Below, piece by piece: positions 32,213-45,241 of a stretch of 52,937 bases of DNA. The translations under genes and the position numbers were made by a program. The notes under the pieces are model-generated. The model saw only the letters and a program-made list of their open reading frames with translations. It was not told where the DNA came from and searched no databases. Origin of the DNA: Phenylobacterium parvum (GTDB lineage Bacteria; Pseudomonadota; Alphaproteobacteria; Caulobacterales; Caulobacteraceae); assembly GCA_029977805.1 (NCBI GenBank), contig JAPOKE010000001.1, forward strand, positions 1 to 52,937, given 5' to 3'. The first letter of the stretch is position 1; every line of letters starts with the position of its first letter.

Positions 32213-33433
32213 TCAGGCCAGGCCCCTGAGGGCCTCCACCAGGTCCGTCCGCTCCCAGGAGAAGCCGCCGTCGGAGTCGGGCTCGCGGCCGAAGTGGCCG
32301 TAGGCTGCGGTCCGGGCGTAGATGGGGCGGTTTAGGCCGAGGTGGCGACGGATCGCCGCCGGGGTGGCGCCGCCGATCAGCTCGGGCAGGACCTTCTCGA
32401 GCTTCGCCGGGTCCACCTGGCCCTCGCCATGCAGGTCGACATAGAAGCTGAGGGGCGCCGACACGCCGATGGCGTAGCTGATCTGGATGGTGCAGCGGCG
32501 GGACAGGCCGGCGGCGACGACGTTCTTGGCCAGGTAGCGGCAGGCGTAGGCGGCGGAGCGGTCGACCTTGGTCGGGTCCTTGCCGGAGAAGGCGCCGCCG
32601 CCGTGGGGCGCAGCCCCGCCATAGGTGTCGACGATGATCTTGCGCCCGGTCAGGCCGGCGTCCCCGTCGGGCCCGCCCTGGACGAAGCGGCCGGTGGGGT
32701 TCACGTGCCAGACGGTCTTGCGGGTCAGGAGACCGTCCGGGAAGACGCTCTCGACCAGCGGGCGGATGGCGTCCTTGATCCGCGCCGGGGTGGCGAGGCG
32801 CAGGCCGATCCGCTTGGCGTGCTGGGTGGAGATGACCAGCTGGGTCACCGCCACCGGACGGCCGTTCTCGTAGGCCAGGGTCACCTGGCTCTTGGCGTCG
32901 GGCTCCAGGAAGGGCATCTCGCCCGAGTGACGGGCCGCAGCCAGCCGGCGCAGGATCTCGTGGGAGTACTGCAGGGTCGCCGGCATCAGGGCCGGGGTCT
33001 CGTCGCAGGCGTAGCCGAACATGATCCCCTGGTCGCCGGCGCCCTCGTCCTTGGAGTTGGTGGCGTCGACGCCCTGGGCGATGTCGCCGGACTGCCCGTG
33101 CAGGTGGCAGGCGTACTTCGCCTTCTGCCAGTGGAAGCCCTTCTGCTCGTAGCCGATGTCCTTCACCGCGGCGCGGACCTTGGGCTCGAGGGACGAGATG
33201 ACCTCGCGGGTGAAGGCCTTGTTCTCGGCCTTGCCGGCGCCGGGCCGGGAGGCGCGGACCTCGCCGGCGAGGATGATCCGGTTGGTGGTGACAAGGGTCT
33301 CGCAGGCCACCCGGGCCTCGGGGTCGGCGGCGATGAAGGCGTCGACCACGGTGTCGGAGATCCGGTCGGCGACCTTGTCCGGATGGCCTTCGGAGACGCT
33401 TTCGCTGGTGAAGATGTAGGAGGGTCGGGTCAC
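32213..33433 (-). CDS. metK: S-adenosylmethionine synthetase
   Basis: [59 protein letters not shown]. Confidence 0.98.
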   Translation of the reverse strand: MTRPSYIFTSESVSEGHPDKVADRISDTVVDAFIAADPEARVACETLVTTNRIILAGEVRASRPGAGKAENKAFTREVISSLEPKVRAAVKDIGYEQKGFHWQKAKYACHLHGQSGDIAQGVDATNSKDEGAGDQGIMFGYACDETPALMPATLQYSHEILRRLAAARHSGEMPFLEPDAKSQVTLAYENGRPVAVTQLVISTQHAKRIGLRLATPARIKDAIRPLVESVFPDGLLTRKTVWHVNPTGRFVQGGPDGDAGLTGRKIIVDTYGGAAPHGGGAFSGKDPTKVDRSAAYACRYLAKNVVAAGLSRRCTIQISYAIGVSAPLSFYVDLHGEGQVDPAKLEKVLPELIGGATPAAIRRHLGLNRPIYARTAAYGHFGREPDSDGGFSWERTDLVEALRGLA

Positions 33434-35070
33434 GGGACGGCTCCGTCTGGATCGCGGCGCGCCCTGGACCGGCGCCGGCGGTTCGCGAGACCTATAAAGA
33501 TTTCTTTATGTCCTGCAAGGGCGGCGGACAGGATCAGGAGGGCGAGGAAGGGCAGGTCGCCCCACCGCGCATAGGGGGTTGGCGGACGGGCCGGCGGCAG
33601 CGCCAGGTCGATCACGCCCGAGGCGCCAAGGCCGAGGACCGGGCCAAGGGTGCGCCCGCTGGAATCGATCACCGCCGAGACGCCCGTGGGCGTCGAGCGG
33701 ACAATGGGCAGGCCCTCCTCGATGGCGCGGTAGCGGGCCATGTTGAGGTGCTGCCAGGGCCCCGAGGCGCGGCCGAACCAGGCGTCGTTGGAGACATTCA
33801 GGATCCAGGCCGGCCGGGCGCCCGACCGCAGGGACGCCGCGCGGGTAAAGCCCGGGAACAGGGCCTCGTAGCAGATCATGGGCTGGACATCGGGCAGGCC
33901 CGGGAGCCGGAGGGGAACCGGCGGCGGACCGGCGGTGAAGTCCTCGGGCATGTGGACCAGGCTGCGCAGGCCGATCCGGCCCGCCAGGTCGCCGAGGGGC
34001 ATGAACTCGCCGAAGGGCACCAGCCTGTGCTTGTCGTAGACCCCGGCCAGGGCGAGGTCGCTCCCCGTCCCCTGCAGGAGGACCAGGCTGTTGCGGTAGG
34101 TGAGGGCGCCGTCGCCGCCCATCTCGACCCGGTTCGCCCCCATGGCCAGGACCTGCCCCGGGGCGAGGGCCCGGGCGAGGGCGACGCGCCAGGGCGCCCC
34201 GGGCGCCAGCAGGTCGTTGATCACCGCCGGCAGGGCGCCTTCGGGCCAGACCACGAGGGCCGGGGGCGTCGAGGCCGCAGGCCGCGTACTGAGGTCGAGA
34301 TAGGTCCGGAAGATCCCCTCGAGGTTCTCGGGCCGCCACTTGGTCTTCTGGTCGATGTCGGCCTGCACGATGCGAACGACAGGGCCCGCAGGCGCGAGGG
34401 GCGTCGCCGCGATCCGGCCGGCGCCCCAGGCGTAAAGGGCGAGGAAGGCCCCGGCGACGGCGACAACGCGCATCCCCCGGCGGGCCGCGGGGGCGGGTCC
34501 GAGGATCCAGGCCGGGGCCGCCGAAAGGACGAGGGTCACCCAGGTCAGGCCGTAGGCGCCGGCGAGGGCCGCCCCCTGCGAGAGGGGCGAGCCGGCGGGC
34601 CAGGCCTCGCCGGGCAGGTTCCAGGGAAAGCCCGTCAGGACATGGCCGCGCAGCCATTCCGCCGCCGAGAGGCAGGCGGCGAAGGCGAGGAGGCCCTGCA
34701 GCCCGCGGGTCCCGGTCCAGCGCCAGAGGGCGGCGGCGGCGGCCCAGAAGAGGGACAGGCCGCCGGCCATGAGGACCAGGGCGAAGGGCGCCATCCAGCC
34801 ATAGGTCCGCTCGTCGACGAGGAAGGGCTCCACGACCCAGCAGACCGAGACGGCGAAGTAACCGACCCCGGCCAGCCATCCCCTGAGGGCTGCGGTCCGG
34901 ACGGGGGCGTCCCCGGCGCGACCTCCAGGGGCGGTCAGGGACCACAGGACCAGGCCGAAGCCGGCGAGGCCCGGAAGAAAGCCGAAGGGCGGGAAGGCGA
35001 GGGCTGCGAGCAGGCCCCCGCCCAGGGCGCCTGCGCCGGCGGCGACGGAACGGCGTCCCGGCAGGGTCAC
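33430..35070 (-). CDS. lnt: Apolipoprotein N-acyltransferase
   Basis: [54 protein letters not shown]. Confidence 0.96.
   Translation of the reverse strand: MTLPGRRSVAAGAGALGGGLLAALAFPPFGFLPGLAGFGLVLWSLTAPGGRAGDAPVRTAALRGWLAGVGYFAVSVCWVVEPFLVDERTYGWMAPFALVLMAGGLSLFWAAAAALWRWTGTRGLQGLLAFAACLSAAEWLRGHVLTGFPWNLPGEAWPAGSPLSQGAALAGAYGLTWVTLVLSAAPAWILGPAPAARRGMRVVAVAGAFLALYAWGAGRIAATPLAPAGPVVRIVQADIDQKTKWRPENLEGIFRTYLDLSTRPAASTPPALVVWPEGALPAVINDLLAPGAPWRVALARALAPGQVLAMGANRVEMGGDGALTYRNSLVLLQGTGSDLALAGVYDKHRLVPFGEFMPLGDLAGRIGLRSLVHMPEDFTAGPPPVPLRLPGLPDVQPMICYEALFPGFTRAASLRSGARPAWILNVSNDAWFGRASGPWQHLNMARYRAIEEGLPIVRSTPTGVSAVIDSSGRTLGPVLGLGASGVIDLALPPARPPTPYARWGDLPFLALLILSAALAGHKEIFIGLANRRRRSRARRDPDGAVP
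33494..33509. promoter_or_regulatory. SahR-type operator in the metK promoter, inside the lnt CDS
   Basis: Perfect palindrome ATAAAGA-TT-TCTTTAT between TTGCAG (33518-33513) and TATAGG (33496-33491) on the minus strand, about 60 bp upstream of the metK start. Confidence 0.7.
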
Positions 35071-35957
35071 CCGGCGTCCGGCCCCGGCGGCGGCGGGGTC
35101 GGGCGGATCCGCACCCGCTTGATCCGGCGGGGATCGGCGTCGAGGACCTGGATCTCGTAGCCCCCGGGATGGGCGATCACCTCGCCGCGCCGGGGCAGGC
35201 GGCCGGCGATGGCCGCCACCAGTCCGCCGACCGTGTCGATTTCCTCGTCGAGGTCCGGGGGTGCGAGGTCGCGCCCAAGGGCCGCCTCCAGCTCCTCGAG
35301 GGGCGCCCGGGCGTCCGCCTCGAAGACGCCTTCGGGCCGCTGCTGGACGCCCGCCGCCTGGGCCTCGTCATGCTCGTCGTCGATTTCCCCGACAACGGCC
35401 TCGACCAGGTCCTCGAGGGTCACCAGGCCGTCAGTGCCGCCGAACTCGTCGATGACCAGGGCCATGTGGGTGCGCGTCGCCTGCATCCGCAGGAGCAGGT
35501 CGGCCGCCCTCATGGAGGCCGGGACGTAGAGGGCGTCGCGCTTCAGCCGCATGAGGCCGGAGTCCCCCGCGCCGCCGCGTCGCGCCTTCGGCCGGGCGCC
35601 CGTGGCCATCTGCTTGAAGACGTCCTTGACGTGGACCACCCCCAGCGGATCGTCGAGCGTCTCGCGGTAGATGGGCATGCGCGAATGCTCGGCGTCGAGG
35701 AAGCGGGCGACCACCTCGTCGAAGGGGGTGTCGACCTCCACCGCCACGATGTCGGCCCGGGGGGTCATGACGTCGTCCACCCGGAGGGTCTGGAAGGCCT
35801 GGGCCTGGTCGACCAGCCGACCCCCGGCCGCCTCCGTCAGGGCCTCCGCCGCCGTAGCCCCGGAATCCTGTACGCGGGCCCCGAACAGCCGGCCGAGCCA
35901 GCCTCCGGGACCCCTTCCCTGTCGCCCCTCGGGGGCGGACGCGTCACGACTGGCCAT
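35067..35957 (-). CDS. corC: CorC/HlyC-type CBS-domain protein
   Basis: VMTPRADI, HSRMPIY, MALVIDEFGGTDGLVTLEDLVE, GEIDDEHD, C-terminal CorC domain; lies between ybeY and lnt. Confidence 0.88.
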   Translation of the reverse strand: MASRDASAPEGRQGRGPGGWLGRLFGARVQDSGATAAEALTEAAGGRLVDQAQAFQTLRVDDVMTPRADIVAVEVDTPFDEVVARFLDAEHSRMPIYRETLDDPLGVVHVKDVFKQMATGARPKARRGGAGDSGLMRLKRDALYVPASMRAADLLLRMQATRTHMALVIDEFGGTDGLVTLEDLVEAVVGEIDDEHDEAQAAGVQQRPEGVFEADARAPLEELEAALGRDLAPPDLDEEIDTVGGLVAAIAGRLPRRGEVIAHPGGYEIQVLDADPRRIKRVRIRPTPPPPGPDAG

Positions 35958-36435
35958 GGTCTCCTCTTTCGGCGGCATAGGGGTCAGGCGCCCCAAGGCC
36001 CGCCAGGATCTTCACCTCGAGCGCCTCCATCGCCTCGGCTTCGGCGTCGCTCTCGTGGTCGTAGCCTACAAGATGCAGCACCCCGTGCGCCACGAGATGT
36101 TGCAGGTGGTGCTCCAGGCGCTTGCCCTGGGCCTCGGCTTCCCGCCGGCAGGTCCCGAAGGCGAGGGCCACGTCGCCCAGCCACCCGCCCGGATTGGCGG
36201 GCGAGGGAAAGGACAGGACATTGGTCGGGCCGGCCTTCGACCGGAATCCGGCGTTCAGCCCCGCCAGCCGGTCGTCGTCCGCCAGCAGGATGGCCAGGCC
36301 GCCCCGGGCGCCGGCGGCGGCGAGGGCCGCCCGGGCGGCGCGCTCGGCGAGGCCCCGGGCGTCCGGGGGGCTCGTCTCCCAGGACGCAGCCTCCACCAGG
36401 ACCTCGATCTCCGCCGGCTCCCCCTCGGGGCTCAT
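35944..36435 (-). CDS. ybeY: rRNA maturation endoribonuclease
   Basis: LNAGFRSKAGPTNVLSFP, LGDV, HGVLHLVGYDH, MEALE. Confidence 0.96.
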   Translation of the reverse strand: MSPEGEPAEIEVLVEAASWETSPPDARGLAERAARAALAAAGARGGLAILLADDDRLAGLNAGFRSKAGPTNVLSFPSPANPGGWLGDVALAFGTCRREAEAQGKRLEHHLQHLVAHGVLHLVGYDHESDAEAEAMEALEVKILAGLGAPDPYAAERGDHGQS

Positions 36436-37381
36436 GCGCCCGGGTCCGGGCGGCGGCCGTCGGCCTCGTAGGCCCGGACGATGCGCTCGACCAGGGGATG
36501 GCGGACCACGTCCTCGGGGCCGAAGCGGGCCACTCCTATGCCCTTCTCGCCCTCGAGCAGGGCCACGGCGTGGGCCAGGCCGGAGTCGCGGGGGTGGGGC
36601 AGGTCGATCTGGCTGGGATCGCCGGTGACGACCATCTTGGCCCCCTCGCCCAGCCGGGTCAGGACCATGCGCATCTGCATGCGCGAGCAGTTCTGCGCCT
36701 CGTCGACGATGACATAGGCGTGGGACAGGGTCCGGCCGCGCATGAAGGCGATGGGCGCCAGCTCGATCTCGCCCTTCTCGCGCCGCCGGCGGAACTGCTC
36801 GGCGCCGAGGATCTCGGTCAGGGCCTCCCAGACGGGCGCCATGTAGGGGTCGACCTTCTCGGTCAGGTCGCCGGGCAGGAAGCCGAGGCGCTCGCCGGCC
36901 TCCACGGCCGGGCGCGAGACGATCAGCCGGTCGACATCCCCGCGGAGCAGGGCCCCGACCCCCGCCGCGACGGCGAGGAAGGTCTTGCCGGTGCCCGCCG
37001 GGCCGAGGCCGAAGACCAGGTCGCACTTGGCCAGGGTGTCGAGGTAGCGCGCCTGGGCCGGCGTGCGGGGCGAGACCGGCCCGCGCCGGCCCGACGGCAG
37101 GGCCCCGGGGGGCGACCCCCGCCCGGTGCGCGCCTGGCCGATGGCCACGCGGACATCGGCCTCGGCCACCTCCAGGCCGCGCTCGGCGCGCAGGGCCAGG
37201 GCCTCCACCACCCGCTTGGCCGAGGCGCGGCCGCGCACGTCGCCGGTCAGGGCGACGCCGCCGCCGGGGGTCTCGACCAGGACGTCGAAGGCGTCCTCGA
37301 TCAGGGCCGCGTGACGGCTTGAGGGTCCGGCCACCGCCCGGGCGGCGGTCTCCGACAGGGTGACGAACTCCGCGGTCCGGC

Positions 37382-37385
<4 letters not shown>
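36432..37385 (-). CDS. phoH: PhoH family ATPase
   Basis: [52 protein letters not shown]. Confidence 0.95.
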
Positions 37386-38726
<1,341 letters not shown>

Positions 38727-38734
<8 letters not shown>

Positions 38735-39134
38735 CGACGGGCAGGCCGTAGAGCTCGAGGCGATGATCCACGAGGCGATAGCCGAGGCGGCGGGCGATGG
38801 CCTCCTGCAGGGCCTCGATCTCCGGGTCGACGAATTCGATCACCTTGCCTGTGGTCATGTCGATCAGGTGGTCGTGGTGGGACTCGGAGGCCTCCTCGTA
38901 GCGGGAGCGTCCATCCCGGAAATCCAGGCGGGAAAGGATTCCGGCCTCCTCGAAGAGCCGGACCGTCCGGTAGACCGTCGCGATCGAGATGCGCGGGTCG
39001 ATGGCGTGGGTGCGGCGGTGCAGTTCCTCGACATCCGGATGGTCCTGGGCGGCCGACAGGACGCGCGCGATCACGCGGCGCTGCTCGGTCATGCGCATGC
39101 CCTTCGCGATGCAGAGGTTTTCGATACGGTCCAA
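38727..39134 (-). CDS. fur: Fur-family transcriptional regulator
   Basis: TTG start after CAGGAG; [39 protein letters not shown]. Confidence 0.93.
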
Positions 39135-39167
39135 GGCGGCGGTCTCCTGGGGCGCAGGATAGGGTTT

Positions 39168-39599
39168 TCAGGGCGTCGTGTTAAGCGCCCGCCGGAGGAC
39201 AAGGGCGTCCACCGTCGGGGTCCCGGCTCGCGGGTAGTAGCCGCGGCGGCGGCCGACCTCCTCGAAACCCAGCCCTGCATACAGGCGGCGGGCCGCCGGA
39301 TTGTCCTCCGCGACCTCCAGGAAGACGGCGCCGGCGCCCTCCGCGAGGGCCGCCGCCAGGGCCGCCTCCAACAGCCGCCGGCCGACTCCTGCGCCGCGCG
39401 CCTCCGGCCGGACGCCGATGGTGAGGATTTCCGCCTCCCCTGCAACGGTGCGCACGAGGACCAGGCCGGCGTCATCCTCCAGCAGGGCGACGGCGTCCAG
39501 GGCGGCGATCTCCCCGGCGCTCCAGGCCGGGTCGAAGGCGGCGGCGTGGAGGCGGGCGAGGGCCCCGAGGTCCGCAGGGCCGGCGCGACGGACACTCAT
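39168..39599 (-). CDS. rimI: RimI-like GNAT acetyltransferase
   Basis: EAEILTIGV, RGAGVGR, FLEVAEDNPAA, LYAGLGF, RRGYY; follows tsaB. Confidence 0.85.
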   Translation of the reverse strand: MSVRRAGPADLGALARLHAAAFDPAWSAGEIAALDAVALLEDDAGLVLVRTVAGEAEILTIGVRPEARGAGVGRRLLEAALAAALAEGAGAVFLEVAEDNPAARRLYAGLGFEEVGRRRGYYPRAGTPTVDALVLRRALNTTP

Positions 39600-40228
39600 G
39601 CCGGCAGGCGACCGCCGGGCAGGCGGGCGTCCGGGGGGCGCATGTAGAGGGGCGCGAGGGCTTCCGGCGCCCGGTCCATGGCCAGCCGCGCGGCGAGGAC
39701 GGCGTCGGGGAAGGCGGCGGCCAGGCGCTCGGCGCCGGGGAAGAGTCCATCCGCAAGGCCGGCGGCGCCGACGATGCGCGCCACGGGCGAGAGGTCCGGG
39801 AGGGCGGCGAGCGGGACGAGTTCGGGCGGGCCCAGGGCCGCGCCGCCCTCGAAGACCTGCCGGCAGACGGCGTCGCCCCGCCCGGGAAGAAGGGCGAGGG
39901 TGCGCCCGGGCGCCTCGGCATAGGGGGCGGCCAGGACCTCAAGGCAGCCCAGCCCGATCACGGGGCGGCCCAGGGCCAGGCCCAGGCCCTTGGCGAAGGC
40001 CAGGCCGACGCGCAGGCCCGTGAAGGAGCCGGGGCCAAGGGTGACGGCGATCCGGTCAAGGTCGGTGAAGGCGAGGCCGGCCTGGGCCATGACCTCCCGG
40101 GCCAGGGGGGCGAGGCGCTCCTGGTGGCCGCGCTCCATGGGCTCGCAGGCCGAGGCCGCGACCCGGTCCCCGTCGAGGACGGCGACGGAGCAGGCCGAAA
40201 GGCAGGTGTCGAGGGCGAGGACCCGCAC
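39596..40228 (-). CDS. tsaB: t6A37 biosynthesis protein TsaB
   Basis: LALDT, GHQERL, GPGSFTGLRVG, PLYMRPP. Confidence 0.94.
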   Translation of the reverse strand: MRVLALDTCLSACSVAVLDGDRVAASACEPMERGHQERLAPLAREVMAQAGLAFTDLDRIAVTLGPGSFTGLRVGLAFAKGLGLALGRPVIGLGCLEVLAAPYAEAPGRTLALLPGRGDAVCRQVFEGGAALGPPELVPLAALPDLSPVARIVGAAGLADGLFPGAERLAAAFPDAVLAARLAMDRAPEALAPLYMRPPDARLPGGRLPA

Positions 40229-40236
40229 GGCGTCGG

Positions 40237-40803
40237 CTAGAGGGTCTGCTCGACCCGCACCACCTCGGGCACATAGTGCTTGAGCATGTTCTCCACCCCG
40301 GCCTTGAGCGTCGCCGAGGACGAGGGGCAGCCGGCGCAGGCGCCGCGCATGTGCAGCCAGACCGTGCCGCTGTCCGGCTCGAAGCGGTCGAACAGGATGT
40401 CGCCGCCGTCCCGCGCCACGGCGGGGCGGATGCGGGTGTCGAGGAGCTCGCGGATCTCGGCCACCACCTGGGCGGTATCGCCCTCGTAGACGTCCTCCGC
40501 CACACCCTCGCCCGCCGCCGCCTCGAAGAGGGGCTGGCCCGAGGTGAAGTGGTCCATGATGGCCGCCAGGACCGGCGCCTTCAGGTGGTCCCAGTCGGCG
40601 GAGGCCAGCTTGCCCACGGTCAGGAAGTCGCCGCCGAAGAAGACCCGGTTGACGCCCTCAAGGCCGAAGATCTCCGCGGCCAGGCTGGAGGCGGAGGCCT
40701 CCTCGGCGGAACGGAAATCCCTCGAGCCGGACTCCATCACGGTGCGGCCGGGCAGGAACTTCAGGACCTGCGGGTTCGGGGTGGGTTCGGTCTGGATGAA
40801 CAT
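40237..40803 (-). CDS. NifU/Nfu-type Fe-S scaffold protein
   Basis: MFIQTEPTPNP, KFLPG, IRPAVARDGGDI, GACAGCPSS, GVENML. Confidence 0.93.
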   Translation of the reverse strand: MFIQTEPTPNPQVLKFLPGRTVMESGSRDFRSAEEASASSLAAEIFGLEGVNRVFFGGDFLTVGKLASADWDHLKAPVLAAIMDHFTSGQPLFEAAAGEGVAEDVYEGDTAQVVAEIRELLDTRIRPAVARDGGDILFDRFEPDSGTVWLHMRGACAGCPSSSATLKAGVENMLKHYVPEVVRVEQTL

Positions 40804-40954
40804 GCCGTTGATTTGGCCGTTCCCGCGCGGCGGCGCAAGACCGCTTTCCGGCGGGTCCCGGCGCATTGAACCGGCCCGGGAAAGGGTGTATCGCGCCCCC
40901 CGCACGACGGCATCGGGCCGCCGGGGCGGGGCGTAAGGCCCCTCGGGGACTGAC

Positions 40955-42880
40955 ATGGCGGATCCGGCTGAGTCTTCCGGCGGCGCGGCCCCGGCGTCGG
41001 CTGACGCCCCCCACGGCCACAAGGAGGGATTCCTCGCCCTGGCCCTGGGCGCCCTCGGCGTGGTCTTCGGCGACATCGGAACCAGCCCCCTCTACGCCAT
41101 GCGCGAGGCCCTCGCCCATTCGCGGGCCGACGTGCCGTCGGAGCTTTCCGTGCTCGGCGTGGTCTCCCTGATCACCTGGGCCCTCATCCTGGTGGTGACG
41201 GTCAAGTACGTCGCCTTCCTGATGCGGGCGGACAACAAGGGCGAGGGCGGGACCCTGGCCCTCATGGCCCTGGCCCAGCGGGCCCTGTCCCAGCGCTCAG
41301 GCGCCGTCCTCTTCCTCGGCATGGTCGGGGCGGCCCTGTTCTACGGCGACGGGGTCATCACCCCGGCCATCTCGGTGCTGGGCGCGGTGGAGGGCCTGAG
41401 GGACGCCCCGGGGGTCAGTCCCGAGCTGGGGGCGCTCGTCCTGCCCATCTCGGCGACCATCCTGATCACCCTTTTCCTCGTCCAGTCGCGGGGCACGGCG
41501 AGCATCGCCAAGGCGTTCGGGCCGATCACGGCGGCCTGGTTCCTGATCCTCGGCGGCCTGGGCCTCTTCCACATCTTCGAAAGCCCCTCGGTCCTGCGGG
41601 GCCTCCTGCCGCACTACGGGGTGCTCTTCCTGATCGACAACGGCTTCGTGGGCTTCGTCATCCTCGGAAGCGTCTTCCTCGCCGTGACCGGCGCCGAGGC
41701 CCTCTATGCGGACATGGGCCATTTCGGGAAGTCGCCGATCCGCGCCGGCTGGCTCTACCTGGTCCTGCCGTCCCTGGTGCTGAACTACCTCGGCCAGGGC
41801 GCGATGGTGCTCGCCCACCCGGAGATGCGGGAGAATCCCTTCTTCGGAATGGTGCCGACGGTCGTCTACTGGCCCGTCCTGCTGATGGCCACGGCGGCCA
41901 GCGTGATCGCCAGCCAGGCCGTCATCACCGGCGCCTTCTCCATGACCCAGCAGGCGGTCCAGCTGGGCCTCCTGCCGCGGATCGACATCCGCCGGACCTC
42001 CGAGACCCAGGCCGGGCAGATCTACGTGCCCCAGGTGAACACCTTCCTGATGATCGGGGTGATCCTGCTGCTCGTGACCTTCCAGACCTCCTCCAACCTG
42101 GCGGCGGCCTACGGGATCGCGGTGACGGGCTCGATGTTCGTCGACACCCTGCTGTTCTTCGTGATCATCCGGCACCTCTGGAAGAAGCCGCTGTGGGTCG
42201 CCTGGCTGGCGGCGGTTGGCTTCGGCGTCCTGGACCTGGTCTTCATCTCCTCCAACCTGCTCAAGCTGCCCCAGGGCGCCTGGCTGCCCCTGGTCGCGGG
42301 CGGCCTGCTCGTGGTGGTCATGTGGACCTGGCACACCGGCACCCGGATCCTCGCCGAGAAGACCCGCGCCGACTCCGTGGCCCTGGCCGAACTGACGGAC
42401 ATGCTCCAGGCCCGCCCGCCTCACCGGGCCTCCGGCGCCGCCGTCTTCCTGACCTCGGACCCGGACGTCGCCCCCGTGGCGCTGATGCACAACCTCAAGC
42501 ACAACAAGGTCCTGCACGAGCGCAACGTCATCCTGACGGTGATCACCGCCCAGACGCCCCGGGTGCGCGACGAGGACCGGATCCGCATCGAGCCCGTCAA
42601 CGACGACTTCCGGAAGCTGACCATCTCCTATGGCTTCATGGAGAGCCCGAACATTCCCAGGGCCCTGACCCTCTGCCGCCAGCAGGGCCTGAAGTTCGAC
42701 ATCATGGCCACAAGCTTCTTCCTGGGCCGCCGGTCGGTGGTGCCCTCGGCCAGCTCGGGCATGCCCCTTTGGCAGGACAAGCTCTTCATCTTCCTGATGC
42801 GCAACGCCGCCAACCCGACGGACTTCTTCAAGATCCCGCCCGGCCGGGTGGTGGAGCTGGGCACCCAGGTCACCGTCTGA
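40955..42880 (+). CDS. kup: Potassium uptake transporter
   Basis: GVVFGDIGTSPLYA, ADNKGEGG, GDGVITPAISV, GAEALYADMGHF, GQIYVP, YGFME. Confidence 0.97.
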   Translation: MADPAESSGGAAPASADAPHGHKEGFLALALGALGVVFGDIGTSPLYAMREALAHSRADVPSELSVLGVVSLITWALILVVTVKYVAFLMRADNKGEGGTLALMALAQRALSQRSGAVLFLGMVGAALFYGDGVITPAISVLGAVEGLRDAPGVSPELGALVLPISATILITLFLVQSRGTASIAKAFGPITAAWFLILGGLGLFHIFESPSVLRGLLPHYGVLFLIDNGFVGFVILGSVFLAVTGAEALYADMGHFGKSPIRAGWLYLVLPSLVLNYLGQGAMVLAHPEMRENPFFGMVPTVVYWPVLLMATAASVIASQAVITGAFSMTQQAVQLGLLPRIDIRRTSETQAGQIYVPQVNTFLMIGVILLLVTFQTSSNLAAAYGIAVTGSMFVDTLLFFVIIRHLWKKPLWVAWLAAVGFGVLDLVFISSNLLKLPQGAWLPLVAGGLLVVVMWTWHTGTRILAEKTRADSVALAELTDMLQARPPHRASGAAVFLTSDPDVAPVALMHNLKHNKVLHERNVILTVITAQTPRVRDEDRIRIEPVNDDFRKLTISYGFMESPNIPRALTLCRQQGLKFDIMATSFFLGRRSVVPSASSGMPLWQDKLFIFLMRNAANPTDFFKIPPGRVVELGTQVTV

Positions 42881-42911
42881 GCCCCGCGGCGACGCAGGCG
42901 GGGGCCCGGCG

Positions 42912-43400
42912 TCAGGGGCCTTCGGGGATCGGCAGCTCGAAGCTGCGCTTGATCGTCTCCATGGGCACGTCGGTCTTGACGCTCTGAACGCTGGGTATCC
43001 GGGTCAGGTGGTCCGCCTGGAAGCGCCAGTAGGTGTTCAGGTCCTTGGTCACGATCCGCAGGAGCGCGTCGCAGTCGCCGGTGGTGAGGTAGCATTCGAC
43101 CACCTCGGGAAACTGCCGGACGGTCTCGGCGAACTTCTGGGTCTGCTCCGCATCCTGGGTCTTGAACCAGACCCGGGCGAAGACCGTCAGGCCGAGGCCG
43201 AGGCTGGCCCCGTCGAGCACCGCGACGTAGCGGTCGATGACGCCGGCCTCCTCGAGAAGCCGCACCCGCCTGAGGCAGGGCGAAGGGGACAGGCCGACCT
43301 CCGCCGCCAGCTCATTGTTCTGGATCCGCCCATCGCGCTGGAGGGCGCGGAGGATGCGGCGATCGATGGCGTCCATCCGTAATGGCATTTTCGACTCCAT
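42912..43400 (-). CDS. Lrp/AsnC family transcriptional regulator
   Basis: DAIDRRILRALQRDGR, VGLSPSPCLRRVRLLEE, PEVVECYLTTGDCD. Start could be 43400 or 43388. Confidence 0.93.
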   Translation of the reverse strand: MESKMPLRMDAIDRRILRALQRDGRIQNNELAAEVGLSPSPCLRRVRLLEEAGVIDRYVAVLDGASLGLGLTVFARVWFKTQDAEQTQKFAETVRQFPEVVECYLTTGDCDALLRIVTKDLNTYWRFQADHLTRIPSVQSVKTDVPMETIKRSFELPIPEGP

Positions 43401-43493
43401 CCTTAGTGAGTTTCCACATTTTCTGCCCCTCAATGCTTTTCGAGTGGCATCTTCGCAACCCAATTTCGCAATGCTTGGCTTAGACTTCCGGGC

Positions 43494-44726
<1,233 letters not shown>

Positions 44727-44778
44727 TTCCCCCCGGGCGCGGGTCATGTCACCCTCCGGCCAAACCGGAGGAAATCCC

Positions 44779-45174
44779 ATGAGCTTCCCGAACGCCACAG
44801 CCATCGTCACCCTTCTTTCCCTCCTGGCCTATGTCTGGATGGGCCTGAGGGTCGGCGGCGCCCGCCGCCGGTCCGGCATCGCCGCCCCCGCCATGGCCGG
44901 CGACCCCATGCTGGAGCGCTACCTGCGCGTCCAGGGGAACACCCTGGAGTGGCTGCCCATCTTCCTCGCCTCGCTCTGGCTCTTCGCCCACTACTGGGGC
45001 GACCTCCCGGCCGCCGTGCTCGGCCTGGTCTGGATCGGCGGGCGCGTCCTCTACGCCGTGGGCTATTCCGCCGCGGCCGAGAAGCGGGAGCTGGGCTTCA
45101 TGGTGCAGACCCTGGCCGCCGCAGTCCTGCTCTTCGGGGCCCTCGGCAAGGCGGTGCTCTCGCTCCTGGCCTGA
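44779..45174 (+). CDS. MAPEG family membrane protein
   Basis: GGAGG RBS; VGGARR..GIAAP, RVQGNTLE, GRVLYAVGY. Confidence 0.88.
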   Translation: MSFPNATAIVTLLSLLAYVWMGLRVGGARRRSGIAAPAMAGDPMLERYLRVQGNTLEWLPIFLASLWLFAHYWGDLPAAVLGLVWIGGRVLYAVGYSAAAEKRELGFMVQTLAAAVLLFGALGKAVLSLLA

Positions 45175-45241
45175 CCGGCCATGATTTCGCCGGAGACAGC
45201 CCCTACATCCGGGGCTGTCCTTCCCGCCTGAGGAGTTCCCG

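Noticed and set aside
33190-33260. Insertion in MetK ([17 protein letters not shown])
   Set aside because: In frame, with all catalytic motifs intact; likely a lineage-specific surface loop, with no intein or mobile-element features.
33434-33490. SAM riboswitch upstream of metK
   Set aside because: No SAM-II or SAM-SAH consensus recognisable by eye in the short leader; the DNA palindrome explains the regulation better.
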